From the NCBI GenBank assembly GCA_030295235.1, contig AP026133.1, forward strand, positions 124,001-188,000: 64,000 bases of DNA, in the 5' to 3' direction. The notes beneath the pieces are model-generated. The model ran no database searches. It saw only the letters and a program-made list of their open reading frames with translations, and was not told the origin of the DNA. Shown piece by piece: positions 23,545 to 37,055 of this stretch. The stretch is from Fistulifera solaris. Taxonomy: Eukaryota. Positions within the stretch are counted from its first letter, which is position 1. Every line of letters begins with the position of its first letter. The position numbers and the translations under genes are program-made.

Positions 23545-23945
23545 AAAAAGGCGATTGAAAACGAAAAATGCGCCGTTGAGTGTCTTTCGTCTCGGGGTCA
23601 CATCGTCCTGATTAGTTCACCACACTAAATAGTTTGAAATAAGTCATTCATTTTAATAGATTAGTTACATGCTACCTGGCCTACATCTGCACAATAAACG
23701 CGTCGTCTTGCCCTTACTATCGAGCCTGAATAAAACGGGAGAGAAAAAGAAATACAGTGTCTCGGAACGTACTTGATTATCTGTTAAAAGAAACACGGTC
23801 TTGATAGTCCTGTCTTGTCCTGAACAAAAAAGGAAGGGCAAATGGTTACCTTGTATCATCGCATCATAGAAACAACACGATTCGAGAATGCATCATAAGA
23901 TAATATCTCACCAAAAGAGACTTCCTCCCCGAATTCAATCTTGCT

Positions 23946-25694
23946 TTATAAGGCGTGCTGTTCGAATTCTTCCCAGGTCACAAATTCCACTTGCAACAGA
24001 CGACGATCAAACCATCGTCCCGCCAAAGCTTGAGCACACGCTGTGGCTTCGTTCACCGTGGCAAATTGACAATAGATTTGACCACCGGGTTGATCGGCCA
24101 GGACCTTGACCTTTGCAAAGTACCAAATTTGCGTGATTCGTCTTCAAAATCCAGTTGAATTTCGTGAGCCCAATTGGGTTCTGTTTCTTGATCTTTGTCA
24201 AACATGTTCGAGACGTGCAAGTACGGTGTTGGGTGATCGGCGTTTCCGATCACCTTCGGGTCGGAAGCCATAGTCGTAGACGGACTCGCGACCGTCGGCA
24301 CGATAGACGCAATCGGAAGATTTGAGCGACTTGCCGCGACTGCCGCTAAACTAGCTCGGGCTTCGGCTACAGTGCCGCTGGGAGGCTGGGTTGCGGGCAA
24401 AGAAGAACCGTTGTATACGTTTGTGCCCAAAGTTGGCATCAATCCTAGGTTGATTTGGCCCAGTCGCTGGTACGCTTGTTGGGCTTTTTTGAGACGCGTT
24501 GGCCGGAAATTCATCCGACTGTTCCCCAACGCGCTGTGCCCAACCTGTTTTCATGCTACGTCCTAGCAACGTCTGCCCCGACATGGTTTGAATGGCGAGA
24601 TATGCCGCGGAAGCATCTCCAAACGACAAGAACGCAAATCCTTTCGAAATACCACTCGACGTCTGCAGCGCCACTTTTTGCAACGATCCAAATGGTTCAA
24701 AGAGTGCCATTAACTGCTCTTGTGTCACGGCCGGATCCAAATTACCAATGTACACGCGCTGCACGTTGGCACTATTGACCGCCGCATCCACAATTAACGG
24801 CTTCGGCGCACTGTAATTCTTTTCTGCTTCACTCGCCTTGACGAGAATAGGAAATCGCTGAAAATCGGGCGGTTGACCCGACAACGCTACTGCCTTGGGG
24901 ACATCTTCCAGATGACGCAACTCGACGTAAGCACAGCCTTTGTGTCGACCGGTCTTTTTGTCGCGCAGCATACTGATATCGATGATGCGGATTCCTTGCT
25001 GTTTCAAATAGTGTTTAATGTCACGTTCGGTCGTGCGCATGATGAGTTGATTGATGAAAATTGTGCGCTGATCCTTGGTGAATTCGCTGTTGGCTTCTAA
25101 AGAACCCGAAGAGAGTACGGAGGAGCGAGACGAAGTAGAGGACGCCCTCGACGATCCCGACGACGAGCGGGACGATCGACTCGAGGAAGAGTGGCTACGA
25201 CTCGACGACGATGAGCTCGTCGAAGAAGCATCACTGGACTCTACCGACGAACGAGAACGACTTCGCGACCGACGTGTTCGTCCAAACGGATCAATGTCGC
25301 CGGGTGGAGGGTAAGCCGGTCTGCGGTTGTATGGAGGCGGATCATGCGAGTAGGGAGGGCCGTAACGAGGATCGTACGCAGGCGGTCCTCGTGGAGAATG
25401 GCGATCCTCGTGTCGCGAATAGGGTCGATCATCTTCAAATCGTCTCCTGTCGTCACGATGACGATGATAATCGCGATCATAACGATGATGATGACGACGA
25501 TCTGGACGTCGCGAATCATGATGACGACTGCTATTACGGGACGGTTTTTTATGCGAATCGTCTGGGTCGGTGGATAGACTGCGACGACGTTCCTCCTGCC
25601 GCGTTTTCAATCGATTGCGTAACTGGTGCTCCTGCTTCCTCGACGTCAATCGATCCCGCAATTGCTGCTCTTTTTCTTTCAGTTCCTCTGACAT
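23946..25694 (-). CDS. RBM39: RBM39/CAPER-like SR splicing factor (RS region, 2 RRMs, UHM); frameshifts at 24485-24490 and 24112-24114
   Basis: KDQRTIFINQL, HKGCAYVEL, PILVKASEAEKN, VYIGNL, SKGFAFLSF and SNMFD...ETEPNW. The corrected C-terminus reads ALAGRWFDRR (UHM). Confidence 0.88.
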
Positions 25695-26326
25695 GATTGA
25701 GTTCTTTGTTTATCTTTTCAAATACACGCACAAGGTATTATTAAAGTACTACGTAAAACCTTGGTCGCGTTCTGAGAGTTTGTCGCAAATGCAAAATGCA
25801 GACGGCGTGTGCGGACGGCTTGCGAAAAAAAACACGAACGACTTGCTCTGTGCGGCTGAAGTACAGACGATATTCTGACTCGTGACCCGATTAAATAAAT
25901 TAAAAACTGAGAATTTACTTTAGCATGTCCTATAGCTATGACAGGACCAAAACTATCCATCACTAATTGTTGCCTAGATCACGAAGTAGTAAACAAGGGG
26001 ACTGTTATCTGATTCAGGCTGGGGGTGTTTGGCCTGGTCCGTCGGCCAAGTACCCATTGCTATGAGCTACTCCGTAGAACTTCAACCTCTCTTTAATTAT
26101 AGAAGCCTCAGACCCCTGAATTTTTTCTTTTTTGCTAGAATGGCTTTTAATATTATTTTTGAATTTGATTTTCTCTTGTCCAACCCTTTTAATTGTGTCA
26201 GACAAGTGACAAAAGACAATGAAGCACTTCGGAAAACGCGGCAAAGCCAACCCTGCCAAAAGATTGCGCCGAGAAAAAAGTCAAAACGAAATTGTTTCAT
26301 ATGATCTTACCATGTACATCATCCAA

Positions 26327-26949
26327 TCAATAGGGATGATATCCACGTCCTCGACCTCGTCCACGACCTCGAAAGCCACCCCGACCTCGACCTCGACCCC
26401 GTCCTCCGCCCAACTGAAAGGCTGGTACATTCACGCGTTTGTGTGTCACTTTCAATTGACGTCCTTTGAATTCCGATCCATCCATTTTAACCGCGTTTTC
26501 GACGGCGGCTTCATTTTGAAATTCCAAGTACGCAAAACCTGCACATCAAACATAAAATCAGTATTATGTGTTTCTTTTCTCCAATCATCCTAACCTTTAA
26601 TCGTACCTTTGGGTCGCCCCGTATACTTATCACACACAATCGTCACTCGTTCTACCGTTCCACACGCATCAAAGTGTTTTAGCAATTCTTCCGGTGTCGC
26701 GGAATAATCGACTTGACCGACGTAGATACTGCAATTGTCACGTGCGGGTTTGTTGTCGGCAGATTTGGCTACGGTCTTATTGTTTTTATTATTGTCTTCT
26801 TGTTCGAGTGCTTCCGTTTCTTTGGTGATACGAGCGGCTTCTTCTTCCATGCGAGCAATTTCGGCTTGTAGTTTTTCCAAGTCTTCTTCGTCATCTTCCT
26901 CGTCTTCATCCAGGTTGTTAGTAGGGTCTTCTTCTATGTCTTGCGGCAT
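26327..26949 (-). CDS. PABPN1: Nuclear poly(A)-binding protein (2 exons, intron 26539-26606)
   Basis: Acidic coiled-coil N-terminus, SIYVGQVDY, spliced RNP1 PKGFAYLEF, KRVNVP and an RGG tail ending YHPY. Confidence 0.92.
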
Positions 26950-27230
26950 TATTGTGTTTGTTGGCTAGTTTGTTTTTGGAAGTAAAAGAAGACTGCGATG
27001 AAAAACTCGTGCAACGATTGTTTGATTGGTCACGATGACAACATCTCATGCGTTCACTTCTCGGCATTTTATTTTTGCTGCGGCTTCTGTTGCGGCTCGG
27101 GGACGCGCAGCTAGCGTGATAGCGACAACCGAACCGGTCGACGGTTGTATCAAAAAGACAGATACACTAAGACAATAACACGTTTGCCATCAGGCATACA
27201 TTTTTATACGTCCTTAATCAGGCAAGGCAT

Positions 27231-28202
27231 GAAATCTGTATTGGAAGACCAGAGGAAAGGAGAAGAATTCTTCGAATAAAATCGACAGGAATATGGCTCT
27301 CGGTGCGTCCACAAACATTCACGGACACCGAACTCTCAAAAGACGAATTCCGTGACAGTCTGAATTTCGGGACTCCCAATTCTTGATCTCCCCAAGAAGT
27401 GTGATGGATGCAATAAACCGTTTACAGTCGAACATGCACAACAATGCAAAAACGGTGGACTTGTTATCCAGAGACACGACGATCTGAAAGCGAATTCATG
27501 TCTCTTTGCACGCAAGCCTTTGGACCCAAATCTGTTCGCTGATGAGCCTACCATTCACACATTTGGCAACAGCAACAACAGTACACAGGTTCAAGAACTT
27601 GAGGGAGATGTTTCAGCCTATGGCTTTTGGAATGAGAGACGAACGACCATTTTCGATGTCCGAGTTACTGACACCGACGCACCGTCATACAGAAACCGTG
27701 ACCCGATTAAGGTTCTGGCTTCTCAAGAGCGTGAAAAGCGTAGCATGTACGGACCCCCTTGCCACGAACTCAGGACGAGACTTCACTCCCCTGGTCTTTT
27801 CCATTGACGGAATGATGGGACAACAGGCTATTTCAGCATCGAGACAGCTTGCAAGAAAACTTCAGCGGAAGTGGAACAAGCCATACTCCGAGATCTGTGG
27901 CTTCATCCGGGCGCGCATGAGTCTTTCCCTGGTCAGGTCAGTTAGTATGCTTCTGCGAAATCCAAGAGAAGGAATGCCAAAACGGAATCCCCCCTCATTG
28001 GGAAATGGGCTCGGGACTGGCCCTCTACTAGCGCACTAAGGCTAGAGAGTTAGAACCAAAGCTTACTCAGAGAAGTGTCAGACTGAAATATATGTGAATG
28101 AAAAATGGAAAATTCAGTCGAATGTCAAGATTAGATTCTGACGATTAAAAAATTAGGAATAATAATTGGTTATAGCAAAAAAAAAAAATTATAAAAAAAA
28201 AA
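27231..28202 (+). mobile_element. 5'-truncated CRE-clade-like non-LTR retrotransposon (zinc finger + restriction-like endonuclease), poly(A) tail, 15-bp TSD
   Basis: TGIWLSVRP...LSKDEFRDSL, CDGC...EHAQQCKNGG...RHD, EGDV...FDVRVTD...EREKR and FTPLVFSIDG across frameshifts. Poly(A) at 28177-28204; direct repeat AATCAGGCAAGGCAT at 27216-27230 and 28203-28217. Confidence 0.9.
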
Positions 28203-28486
28203 AATCAGGCAAGGCATTCCACTTGGACACTCCACAGCTAAAACGCGAGGAGGACAGACGCTCGGCCGACAACTTCAACTTCATTTCGGTTTCCTTGATC
28301 CGCGGCGATTTTGGTTTCGGTGTTTTGTTGTTGATGGATGTCGTTGCCATTGATGAAAGGAACCTATTACTTCATTCTTCCATCGGATATTTCGTCGTTC
28401 TACAACAGAAAACAGCTTTCGTCTGACGTATCATTTGCTCTTCGATTGGAAACTCGAGACGAGAGACAAAATCTAATTGTAAAAAC

Positions 28487-29886
28487 ATGAGAACGATTCC
28501 CCGCATCGCTCTCGGCATACTCCTTGCCGGAAATACTCACGCATGGGTGACACCGCGCGTCACGGTATCGCCAGTCAAATCATCCTCGGCCACAAAACTA
28601 TCCATGGATCCCAATGAATTCATGTCCGCCTTGGCAGATGCCGCAACGACGACATCCGCAATGCAGGACTATTTTTCGTCGTCCACCGTCTTTCTCGCCG
28701 ATGGTGAAGCGACGGGATGGTGGGGCAGTTTCATCAATATTTTCAAAATTGGTCTAGAAGCCGTTCATTCGGCTATCAATCCACCGTTGCAAAGCATGGG
28801 TGTCGAATACACATGGGGTATTTCGATTGCCGTGTTTACATTCTGTACGTACTGGTTTGTGCGGTGTCGATGATTCATCGAAGCTTCTACTTTGTTGCTC
28901 ACCTTTGCATTACCAATATCATTGTCTCTTCTTTAGTGTGTCGCTTGGCTCTTGTTCCGCTCTCCATTCAACAGTCCCAAAGTGCCGAATACATGAAATT
29001 GTTGCGTCCGTACACGGCACAGATCAAAGAACGACTCAAGGACAATCAAGACGCACAAAATCGAGCCATTGGAAAACTGTACGAGGATGCGAAACAAAAT
29101 CCGTTAGCCGGATGCTTTGTATCTTTGGCGCAATTACCGATTTTCTTGGGACTATATCGTGGTGTGCGGATGTTGGCGGTCGAAGGAGAATTGCAAGAAC
29201 CCTTTCTGTGGATTCCTTCCTTGGAAGGACCCGTAAGTGCACCCGATTTCCGTGGCCTCGATTGGTTGTTGAAAGGATGGGACTTTTCGGCAAATGGACC
29301 AGTTCCACCTTTGGGTTGGGAAACGACGCTGGCCTTTTTGCTCATGCCCGTGATATTGGTCGTCTTGCAAGGCTTGACCATGCGTGTTTTGACACCGGCA
29401 CCCGACAGCAACATGTCCGATGAAGAGAAGCAAACGTTTGAACAAACACAGAACATTATGAAATTCTTACCGCTAATGATTGGTTTCTTCTCGACACAAG
29501 TGCCGGCGGGTTTGACGATTTATTGGTTCATGTCCAACTTGTTTACGCTCAGTCAGTCTCTCGCCGTCCGAGCGTACTTTGCAGCCAATCCACCGAAAAT
29601 TGAATTACCGGAATATTGGGAGAATCTGGACAGCCAAAAGGACTTCAAAGACATGACGCCGGAGGAGCGAAAACAAGCTATGGAAGCCGGCATTCGAGTG
29701 GGACCGACCATGGATGAATTGGCCGATGAAGCTCGATTTCATGTGCGCATTGAGCGACGTCCGTTTCGTGAAGAAACCAGAGCATGGAAAGAGCGGGCTG
29801 CTACTGCACAAATACCCAGAGAGCTGGCCAGCTGGGCTGCAGCTTCATCGAGTAATGTGCTAGTGGACTCGAAGGTGCAACAATAG
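28487..29886 (+). CDS. ALB3: Plastid YidC/Oxa1/Alb3 membrane insertase (intron 28845-28936)
   Basis: Signal + THA-WVTP presequence; WGISIAVFT, PLSIQQ, NPLAGCFVSLAQLPIFLGLY, FLWIPSLEGP and KFLPLMIGFFS.QVPAGLTIYW. Confidence 0.93.
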
Positions 29887-30567
29887 GCAAGCTGAATGGC
29901 CAAACGACTGAATGAATTAAAGAATTAACGTCATTGATGAGCTTGATAGTGAAGATTCCATTTTCTCTAATAATGAAGCACGTTCAGTAACTATGTCTCT
30001 GACGGCTTATGGCTCACACGTCGCTCGTCGTATCTTGTACAGTACATCTACGAGGTATTTAGAGTTCGCAGTTCGCATTTGAGCTCTTAAGCCATTTGAC
30101 CCCGTAAGAATGCACTCTACTTTGTACTCTCTAAACAAGAAAACGAATATGAAGCTTCTGCCTAATGCACTAAAGCAACAGAGCAACACAGAAGACAAGA
30201 GGTAAAACAGTACTGGGAACTCTGCATTCTTCATTCCCATTCCCGACTTGGGTGACATCTCCGTGACTTCATTCTTCATTCCTGGGCAGTGGCGGTAAAA
30301 ATAACTCAGGACTGCAAAGTCGCAAGGTTGATGCTTGTCCCTTCTTCATGACTGCAAGTGCACCCCCGCGTTGTTCGAATTTGTCATTCCTCAATTTTCC
30401 TTGATAGTGCGCTGCAATATATTTGAAGATCGTTGTTATGATGAGATCACGAAGAGCTTTTTCTCATTCTCATCAACAATGAAAAACATATGATAATTTC
30501 TTAAACAAAAAATGTATTATATTTACTAAAATAGCATAAATTTTCTTGTAGCATCGTCGTTTGGAGG

Positions 30568-31260
30568 CTAAGCAAACATGTCAGGGTTGCTGTTTCTTTG
30601 ATTGATGTATGAGTATCCGAAGGGGGTAATTTCGCACTTCCCTTCGAGACATCGTTGCATATGACTGAAAAATTCAACGCCGAGAAGCGCCTCCAATTCT
30701 GTTTCAATGACGTTCTTGAGGGGCACAAACCGTCCATCACCTTGGCGGTTGTTTTGAACGCATCGTTGAATGACATGCTTAGTCTTGTAGAGAAGATCGA
30801 TATTGCATGAGCGTTCTAAGTACAGCAAGATCATCTTGATCAAGAGAAGAAATTTTTCACGCTCGGTAATCATTCGTCTTCTGCGCTGATGATGCCCAAT
30901 ACGAGTCCGCATCGACAACGTTGGGTCCCGGAAGGTCGACTGTACAATCGGCGGTGTGGCCATCGATTGGGGAGGAAAACGAAGCTGAGGGTCCATTGTC
31001 ATGAATGATAAGTTGGGAAGGGTTGAATACATTGGAACAGATTGCTCAATGGTGCTGCGTATGGGTGTTATTCGGCACATGGGTGAAAGGGTCAAGTTCT
31101 GATGGAATGGAATTGTGAGGGGAGGCTTGCCGAGAGAAAATTGGCCGTAATCCGAAGTCGGTCCACCTATAATTTGCTCGTTTTTTTCAAGAGAAAAGGT
31201 ACCAAAATACTGTGATCTAGAAAGTGAAGTGCTTGTCAACGAATTCGGATTTCGGTACAA
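30568..31260 (-). CDS. Diatom-type hypothetical protein with C-terminal helical domain (start uncertain)
   Basis: EREKFLLLIKMILLYL...VIQRC...N.QGD..F.PL...L..LLG motif common in diatom hypothetical proteins; low-complexity N-terminus. Confidence 0.55.
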   Translation of the reverse strand: MYRNPNSLTSTSLSRSQYFGTFSLEKNEQIIGGPTSDYGQFSLGKPPLTIPFHQNLTLSPMCRITPIRSTIEQSVPMYSTLPNLSFMTMDPQLRFPPQSMATPPIVQSTFRDPTLSMRTRIGHHQRRRRMITEREKFLLLIKMILLYLERSCNIDLLYKTKHVIQRCVQNNRQGDGRFVPLKNVIETELEALLGVEFFSHMQRCLEGKCEITPFGYSYINQRNSNPDMFA

Positions 31261-31634
31261 ACGAGAAGTGAAGAGTGTAGAGTCCCTTTCCGAACCACAT
31301 CAGTTAGTTTTTCTATGCAAGTACTGTCATGTCACATTCGGATCCCAGTTTCGTTTATGGACAAGTTGTTCGCATTTTAGTAGTGTTCTTCATACGACTC
31401 AAAGGTTTATGAGTCCCGTCCACTTTATGACACAGCATGGGAGTCATGAATTGAATCTTCGACGAGACGGCGCTTTGACTGTTGACTTCGAAGCTGGAAA
31501 GTGGTAGAAAGTAGAAACAACGGATCAGGGAGACGACCAAATTGTTCAGCCCTCTTGCAAAAATTGTTGCTGCGTTGTCGACGCTACGTTGTCGATTTTA
31601 GCGAGCTTAAATTGACGGGGAAGAGGCTCTCAGA

Positions 31635-32365
31635 ATGGCAAAGCGAACGTTGTTGATCTTTTTGCTGTTGGTGGCATCATCGATGCAAACGACCAATGCA
31701 CTCAACGACGACGCAGATTTTGTGGGTTATATGGAGAACTTAGAGAAAATGGAAAGAGATCGGGAACGTATAAATAAAATGCTGGAAGAGCATGAGGTAC
31801 GTTCGAAGTTTTCAAACAAGCTACGCTGTCGTCCTAAAGCCCTGTGGATCACACTTACGCTCTTTACCATTAACGAAAAACTTAGCTATGGCGACAAACT
31901 ACATGGGGAGGATATGCCGTGCGCCAAGTTCAAGCCCTAGGGAAGCACTTTGAACCCTTCTTTCTCGCAGTGAGTGATGCCTTGAATGATGGAGGTTCGG
32001 AACCAACTCGACTTTTGATCCTGATTACCATTCGAATCATTGTGATTTCCATATGCATTGGGATGATTTATGCGGTCGGCTCAATCATTAACATGATTAC
32101 TGGGAAGGAAATCATAATCGAAGAAACAGTCGTAGTAGATGATGCTCCATCCAAATCGAATGAAACGCACAAAAAGGAGGACAAGCGTAGAGGAGCCCGT
32201 GAAAAGAAAAAAAGCAAACTAAAAAGAATGCTTCAAATTGCATTGGATGAGAACTGCACACGATTCCCTGCTTCAGAGGCTTCCGTCGTTATAAATTATT
32301 ATCTTGAATGTTCACTCATCAACATACTTGTTTACGGAGTCGATCTCACGCAGCAGAATATTTAA
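31635..32365 (+). CDS. Signal-peptide, single-TM hypothetical protein (intron 31797-31885; true stop may be ~32222 if an A-run frameshift exists)
   Basis: Signal peptide; a GT-AG intron joins ORF 31635 in frame to ORF 31919; TM stretch LLILITIRIIVISICIGMIYAVG. Confidence 0.6.
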
Positions 32366-33304
32366 ACCATTGCTTCGTCAATCCACTAATCCTTGTAATC
32401 CCTTGTCCTTTTTAGTTGCTCCAATTTCCAACCGGTAATTGAACTGGGCTTTACCCTGCTGAAATTTAATCATCGTCGAAGGTGTTGAGTTCCAGCCTAT
32501 GACATTTTTCAAAGCTAAATTGCGCTCAAAACGTGTACCAAAATGACGTGCTTCGCTGTTTTCAATAAACGCAATCACTTTCGCAAGCCTCGGACGACGT
32601 CTGTAGTGTAGCGGAGCTGTCATTCATTTCCAGTCAAATTCTCGTCGATATTGACGCAACGCTTCTTGCGAACGACTACGAAGTTCCCATTCGGACGACG
32701 ATTGAGGCCAGCTCAATGAGACTTGCGACTGGTGCAAACGTTACTACTTGCGTTCTCTCTGCAACGCAATTTAAAACTGCGGATTTCGTCGCCAGCGTCG
32801 TAAGCTATATAGTGCGGATAGTGATAGCTAGGATAGCGATAACGAAATCTTGGGTGCTCAGCTCCTCGCACATTGCGCAGGAAAAATCGCGGCTCTTTCC
32901 ATCCGCACCAGCCTGCTTGCCGAACGGCCATGGGAGCAGCGACGTGCCATTTGGAGTTTGTTACAAGCTCTTCACGTTGATCGACGCTAATGCATATTGC
33001 ATATATCCCTAGAAAAAGCTTTTACAGCTTATCGTTCACGCAGAGACCATTTCATCTTTCATAGTTGAACGTTCTATTGCACCTTCTTAATCTTGCTGGT
33101 GGAGTGTGGCGTGTCTGGGCTGCGTAGTAAACAAGATACATCTGGGACTGGTTAGCATGACGTCATACGTGACTGAACAGGTCCTGAGCTCAATTGAAAC
33201 CGAAGGAGCCATTCAAAAAAGAATGCTCGTTGTTATTTTTCTTCTTCGAGAAGCAAATGCATTACAACGAATGAATTTACCTTTCGGAATAGATAGCAAC
33301 AACT

Positions 33305-36300
33305 ATGGTCCGCAAACGTTTAGATGATCGCCTTCGGAATCTCTTGGAGCGCTCTATGGTCACCCGCCAAAGATCCATGCTGGTTTTGGTAGGAGACTAT
33401 GGCAAAGATCAAATTCCCAATTTACATCGCATTCTATCACAAAGCAGCATGCAAAATCCGAGTGTTCTGTGGTGTTACAAGAAAGATTTAGGATTCAGTA
33501 CGCACCAACAAAAGCGTATGAAAAAATTGAAGAAACAAGCGCAGCGCGGCCTTTTGAATGATACCGAACAAGCCTTTGATCTCTTTGTCAAGCAAGCACC
33601 GATTACGTGGTGTTACTACAAAGACAGCCATCGCGTACTGGGAACGACCGTCAAATTGCTCGTTCTACAGGATTTCGAGGCGCTTACACCGAATCTTATG
33701 GCCCGAACCATTGAAACTGTCAGCGGTGGAGGTCTCGTAGTCTTTTTATTGAAAACGGTCAACAGTTTGAAGCAATTGTATCAGATGTCGATGGATGTGC
33801 ACAGCCGCTACCGAACCGAGTCACAAGCTGATTTACAGCCGCGCTTTAATGAGCGTTTTCTTCTCAGTCTGGCGGACAATCCCGCATGCATGGTGTGTGA
33901 TGACGAATTGAACGTCTTGCCGTTGAGTGGTAAAACCCTGAAGCAATTGAGTGAAAAATCGTACGCAAAGGGCGATGCTGGACAGGTTATTCTGGAAGAT
34001 ACAGCAGACGACGTAGAGTTGCGAAGCTTGCAAGAGTCACTCGTCGATACACCGCACATTGGTGTGCTAGTAGGACAGACCAAAACAATTGACCAAGCAC
34101 AGGCCGTCTTGCAGTTTTTGGACGCTTGTACAGAAAAGCAATTGCGAAGAACTTTAGCTATGACAGCTGCTCGAGGACGTGGTAAATCAGCGGCGATGGG
34201 ACTGAGTTTGGCAGGGGCTTTGGCGCTGGGGTACTCTACGATTGCGGTAACTGCACCAGAGCCCGAAAATCTTGTTGCCGTTTTCAACTTTGTTATTCAA
34301 GGCTTGAATGAGCTGAAGTACCAAGAACATATTGATTACAACGTTGTCTACAATCAAGCATTGGGCCGCGATGAAATCAAATGCGTTTTATCGATACAGC
34401 TCCACAGGACCCATCGCCAGATGATTCAGTACGTACCACCGTCCGCCGTTGACCAATTTAAAACTGCGGAGATCATTGCTATTGACGAGGCGGCAGCCAT
34501 CCCTCTACCAATTGTTAAGTCTCTGCTTCAGTTGAAGGATGAGCGACTGGTGTGGTTGAGTTCAACTATTAATGGGTACGAGGGTACGGGGCGAGCCCTC
34601 AGCTTGAAGCTAATACATGAATTGAGGGAGCAAAGCAAAAGCAATGCGGCGCAAGCTGCAGCAAACGCCATTGTCGGGCCGAAAAGAGGCAAAGGCGAAG
34701 CTAAGGTACATGAACAACGATGGGCTGCTGCGGCACAGGCTGCCTCGGATCAACCCACAGGTTCGCTCGTTGAGATTGAACTGACAACTCCCATTCGATA
34801 CGCACCAGGAGATTTTGTAGAAAAGTGGTTGAATAAGTTGCTGTGTCTAGAATCGACAGCTGGAAGCCTAAAACTGAGTGGCGGGGCGCCAGCACCAGAT
34901 CATTGTGAGCTGTATAGTGTAGATCGAGATGCACTTTTCTCGTATCACAAACTGTCCGAAGCTTTTCTGCAAAAGATCATGGGCCTTTACACAAGTGCTC
35001 ATTACAAGAACACGCCGAATGATTTGCAACTGCTCAGTGATGCTCCTGCTCATGCGCTCTTTGTGCTCCTCTCTCCAAATGCGGAAAAGGATTCCGACTC
35101 GCTTCCCGATGTCCTTGCTGTTATTCAAGTGGCTATGGAGGGACAGATCTCACGCAAGGCGGTCGAGGCGCAATTGGCTCGTGGGCACCGCAGTGCTGGT
35201 GACTTGATTCCCTGGACTCTTGCACAACAGTTTGGAGATTCTAAGTTTGCTCAGTTGAGTGGTGCACGAATAGTGCGCATCGCCACTCATCCTTCGGTGC
35301 AAGGAATGGGGTATGGAACGCATGCCATGAACCTGCTGTATCGCTTTTACAATGGTGAAATGATTTCATTGGCAAATCATGTGGAAGATGATAGTGAGGA
35401 TGGCGTCGATGATGCTTCGATGAACGAAGAAGAAAGCGACGACGAAGCAGAAGCGGGTGCGGCAAGTAGCTTACAGAAAGAACGGCTAAAGCCTCGTAAG
35501 GAAATTCCACCTCTACTTCTTCCCCCTGACTGAGATTGATGCACCGCGATTGGACTGGATCGGCACTTCGTTTGGCCTGACTTTACAGCTTCATAAGTTC
35601 TGGACTAGGGCGGGCATGCGATTGCTGTATTTGCGTCAAACTCAAAACGAGCTTACTGGCGAGCACTCCGCAATTATGCTTCGAACGCTTTCCCACCGCA
35701 CTGGTTTCGACGATTCCTGGCTCGACGCATTTTCCAGTGACACTCGGCGTCGTATGATCTCATTGCTGGGAGGATCCTTCCGCGATATTGAAGTTCGACT
35801 GGCACTTTCTTTGCTGGAAAACTTTGGCCGTGCACAAGGGACGAAGAAATCGATTCAAGACCGAGCGGGTGCCTTTGGTGGGAAAATCTCTATCCAAGAA
35901 TTAGACTTACTTTTGACTCCACACGATTTGAAACGTTTGGAGCTTTATGGAAGAAACTTATGCGATCATCACTTGGTAACTGATTTGCTACCTACTCTCG
36001 CTCGTCTCTACTTCTCTGAGCGATTTGGATCCGATTTTTCACTTTCGGGAGTGCAGGCGGCTCTGCTTTGTGGCACAGGTCTTCAGGCCAAGTCAGTCGA
36101 ACACTTAAGTGGTGAGCTTGGTCTACCGGTGAACCAAGCATTGGCCATGTTCAACAAGGCTATCCGAAAACTCTCCATTGCTTTAAACGGCATTGCACTA
36201 GAACAAGAGAAAATTGATATTTTGAAGAAGCAAGAGGTGGCTGCTGGAACGACCGAGCGACTACGTGATGTGGCACGGCAAACGCTCGAGGAAGACTTGT

Positions 36301-36605
36301 CAGATGGCGCGGACGAAGCTCTGGATGCTCTCAACGCTACAAACAATCTTCCTCCTGAGATTTCGCAAGATCCCGAATTGATGCAATATGCGATTAAGGG
36401 TTCAACGAAACAGTGGGAGAAAGCTTTGGATGGCAAAGACGTTAAGGATGGAACAGTGGCAATTCAATCAGTTCGCGAAAAACGCAAGATATCCGATGAT
36501 GACATTGAAAAGGAGGCGTCGAAGGACAAGCTGTCGAAAGACAAGGGCAAGAAGAAAGATTCAGGTAGCAAGGCCAAGAGGAAGAAAAAGAGGGCTAAAA
36601 ACTAA
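33305..36605 (+). CDS. NAT10: RNA cytidine acetyltransferase NAT10/Kre33 (extra C in run 35522-35526)
   Basis: VLWCYKKDLGFS, LQDFEALTPNLMARTIETV.GGG, TAARGRGKSAA, IDEAAAIP, STINGYEGTGR, SAHYKNTPNDLQ, GARIVRIATHP and DWIGTSFGLT. Confidence 0.96.
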
Positions 36606-37055
36606 GGAAAATCGATTTCACATTTTTTCGGGTTAAGATGGAAGAAAATAAAATTATTGGCATCGTCGCGATTTGATGAGTGAAACACTGACTCTAAGTT
36701 TTATGTCACCGAACTTAGAACTATCGACTAGTCATGTAGCTAGAGGTAATTTATCCGGTGAGTCGTTAGTCGTTACTGCCGAAGGAGTATACTTTGTAGT
36801 CACTCCCGCGCTCACGTGGTTCTTACCGATATTCAGATATAGTACTACCTGAAGAAGAGTGCTTGCAATTTGACGTCACGGTGTCACGTTCGCACCGAAA
36901 CAGAACAAAACGCAGACCGAATAAGCTTGATGCGAGGCATTCTCATAAAACTCGAAATCGATGGTGAAAGATTCTATATGTTGATCTAGTTGACTTCATC
37001 GTCAACGTTTTTTCGAGCACGATCTTCAAAGCACCCTTCCATTATTGTGACCAAA

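Noticed and set aside
35515..35535. Programmed ribosomal frameshifting in NAT10 and the other split genes
   Set aside because: The shifts go in both directions, share no slippery motif and mostly sit in homopolymers; assembly error is simpler.
4673..36605. Functional cluster of RNA-processing genes (SHQ1, RBM39, PABPN1, NAT10)
   Set aside because: They are interspersed with unrelated genes on mixed strands; common housekeeping genes can co-occur by chance.
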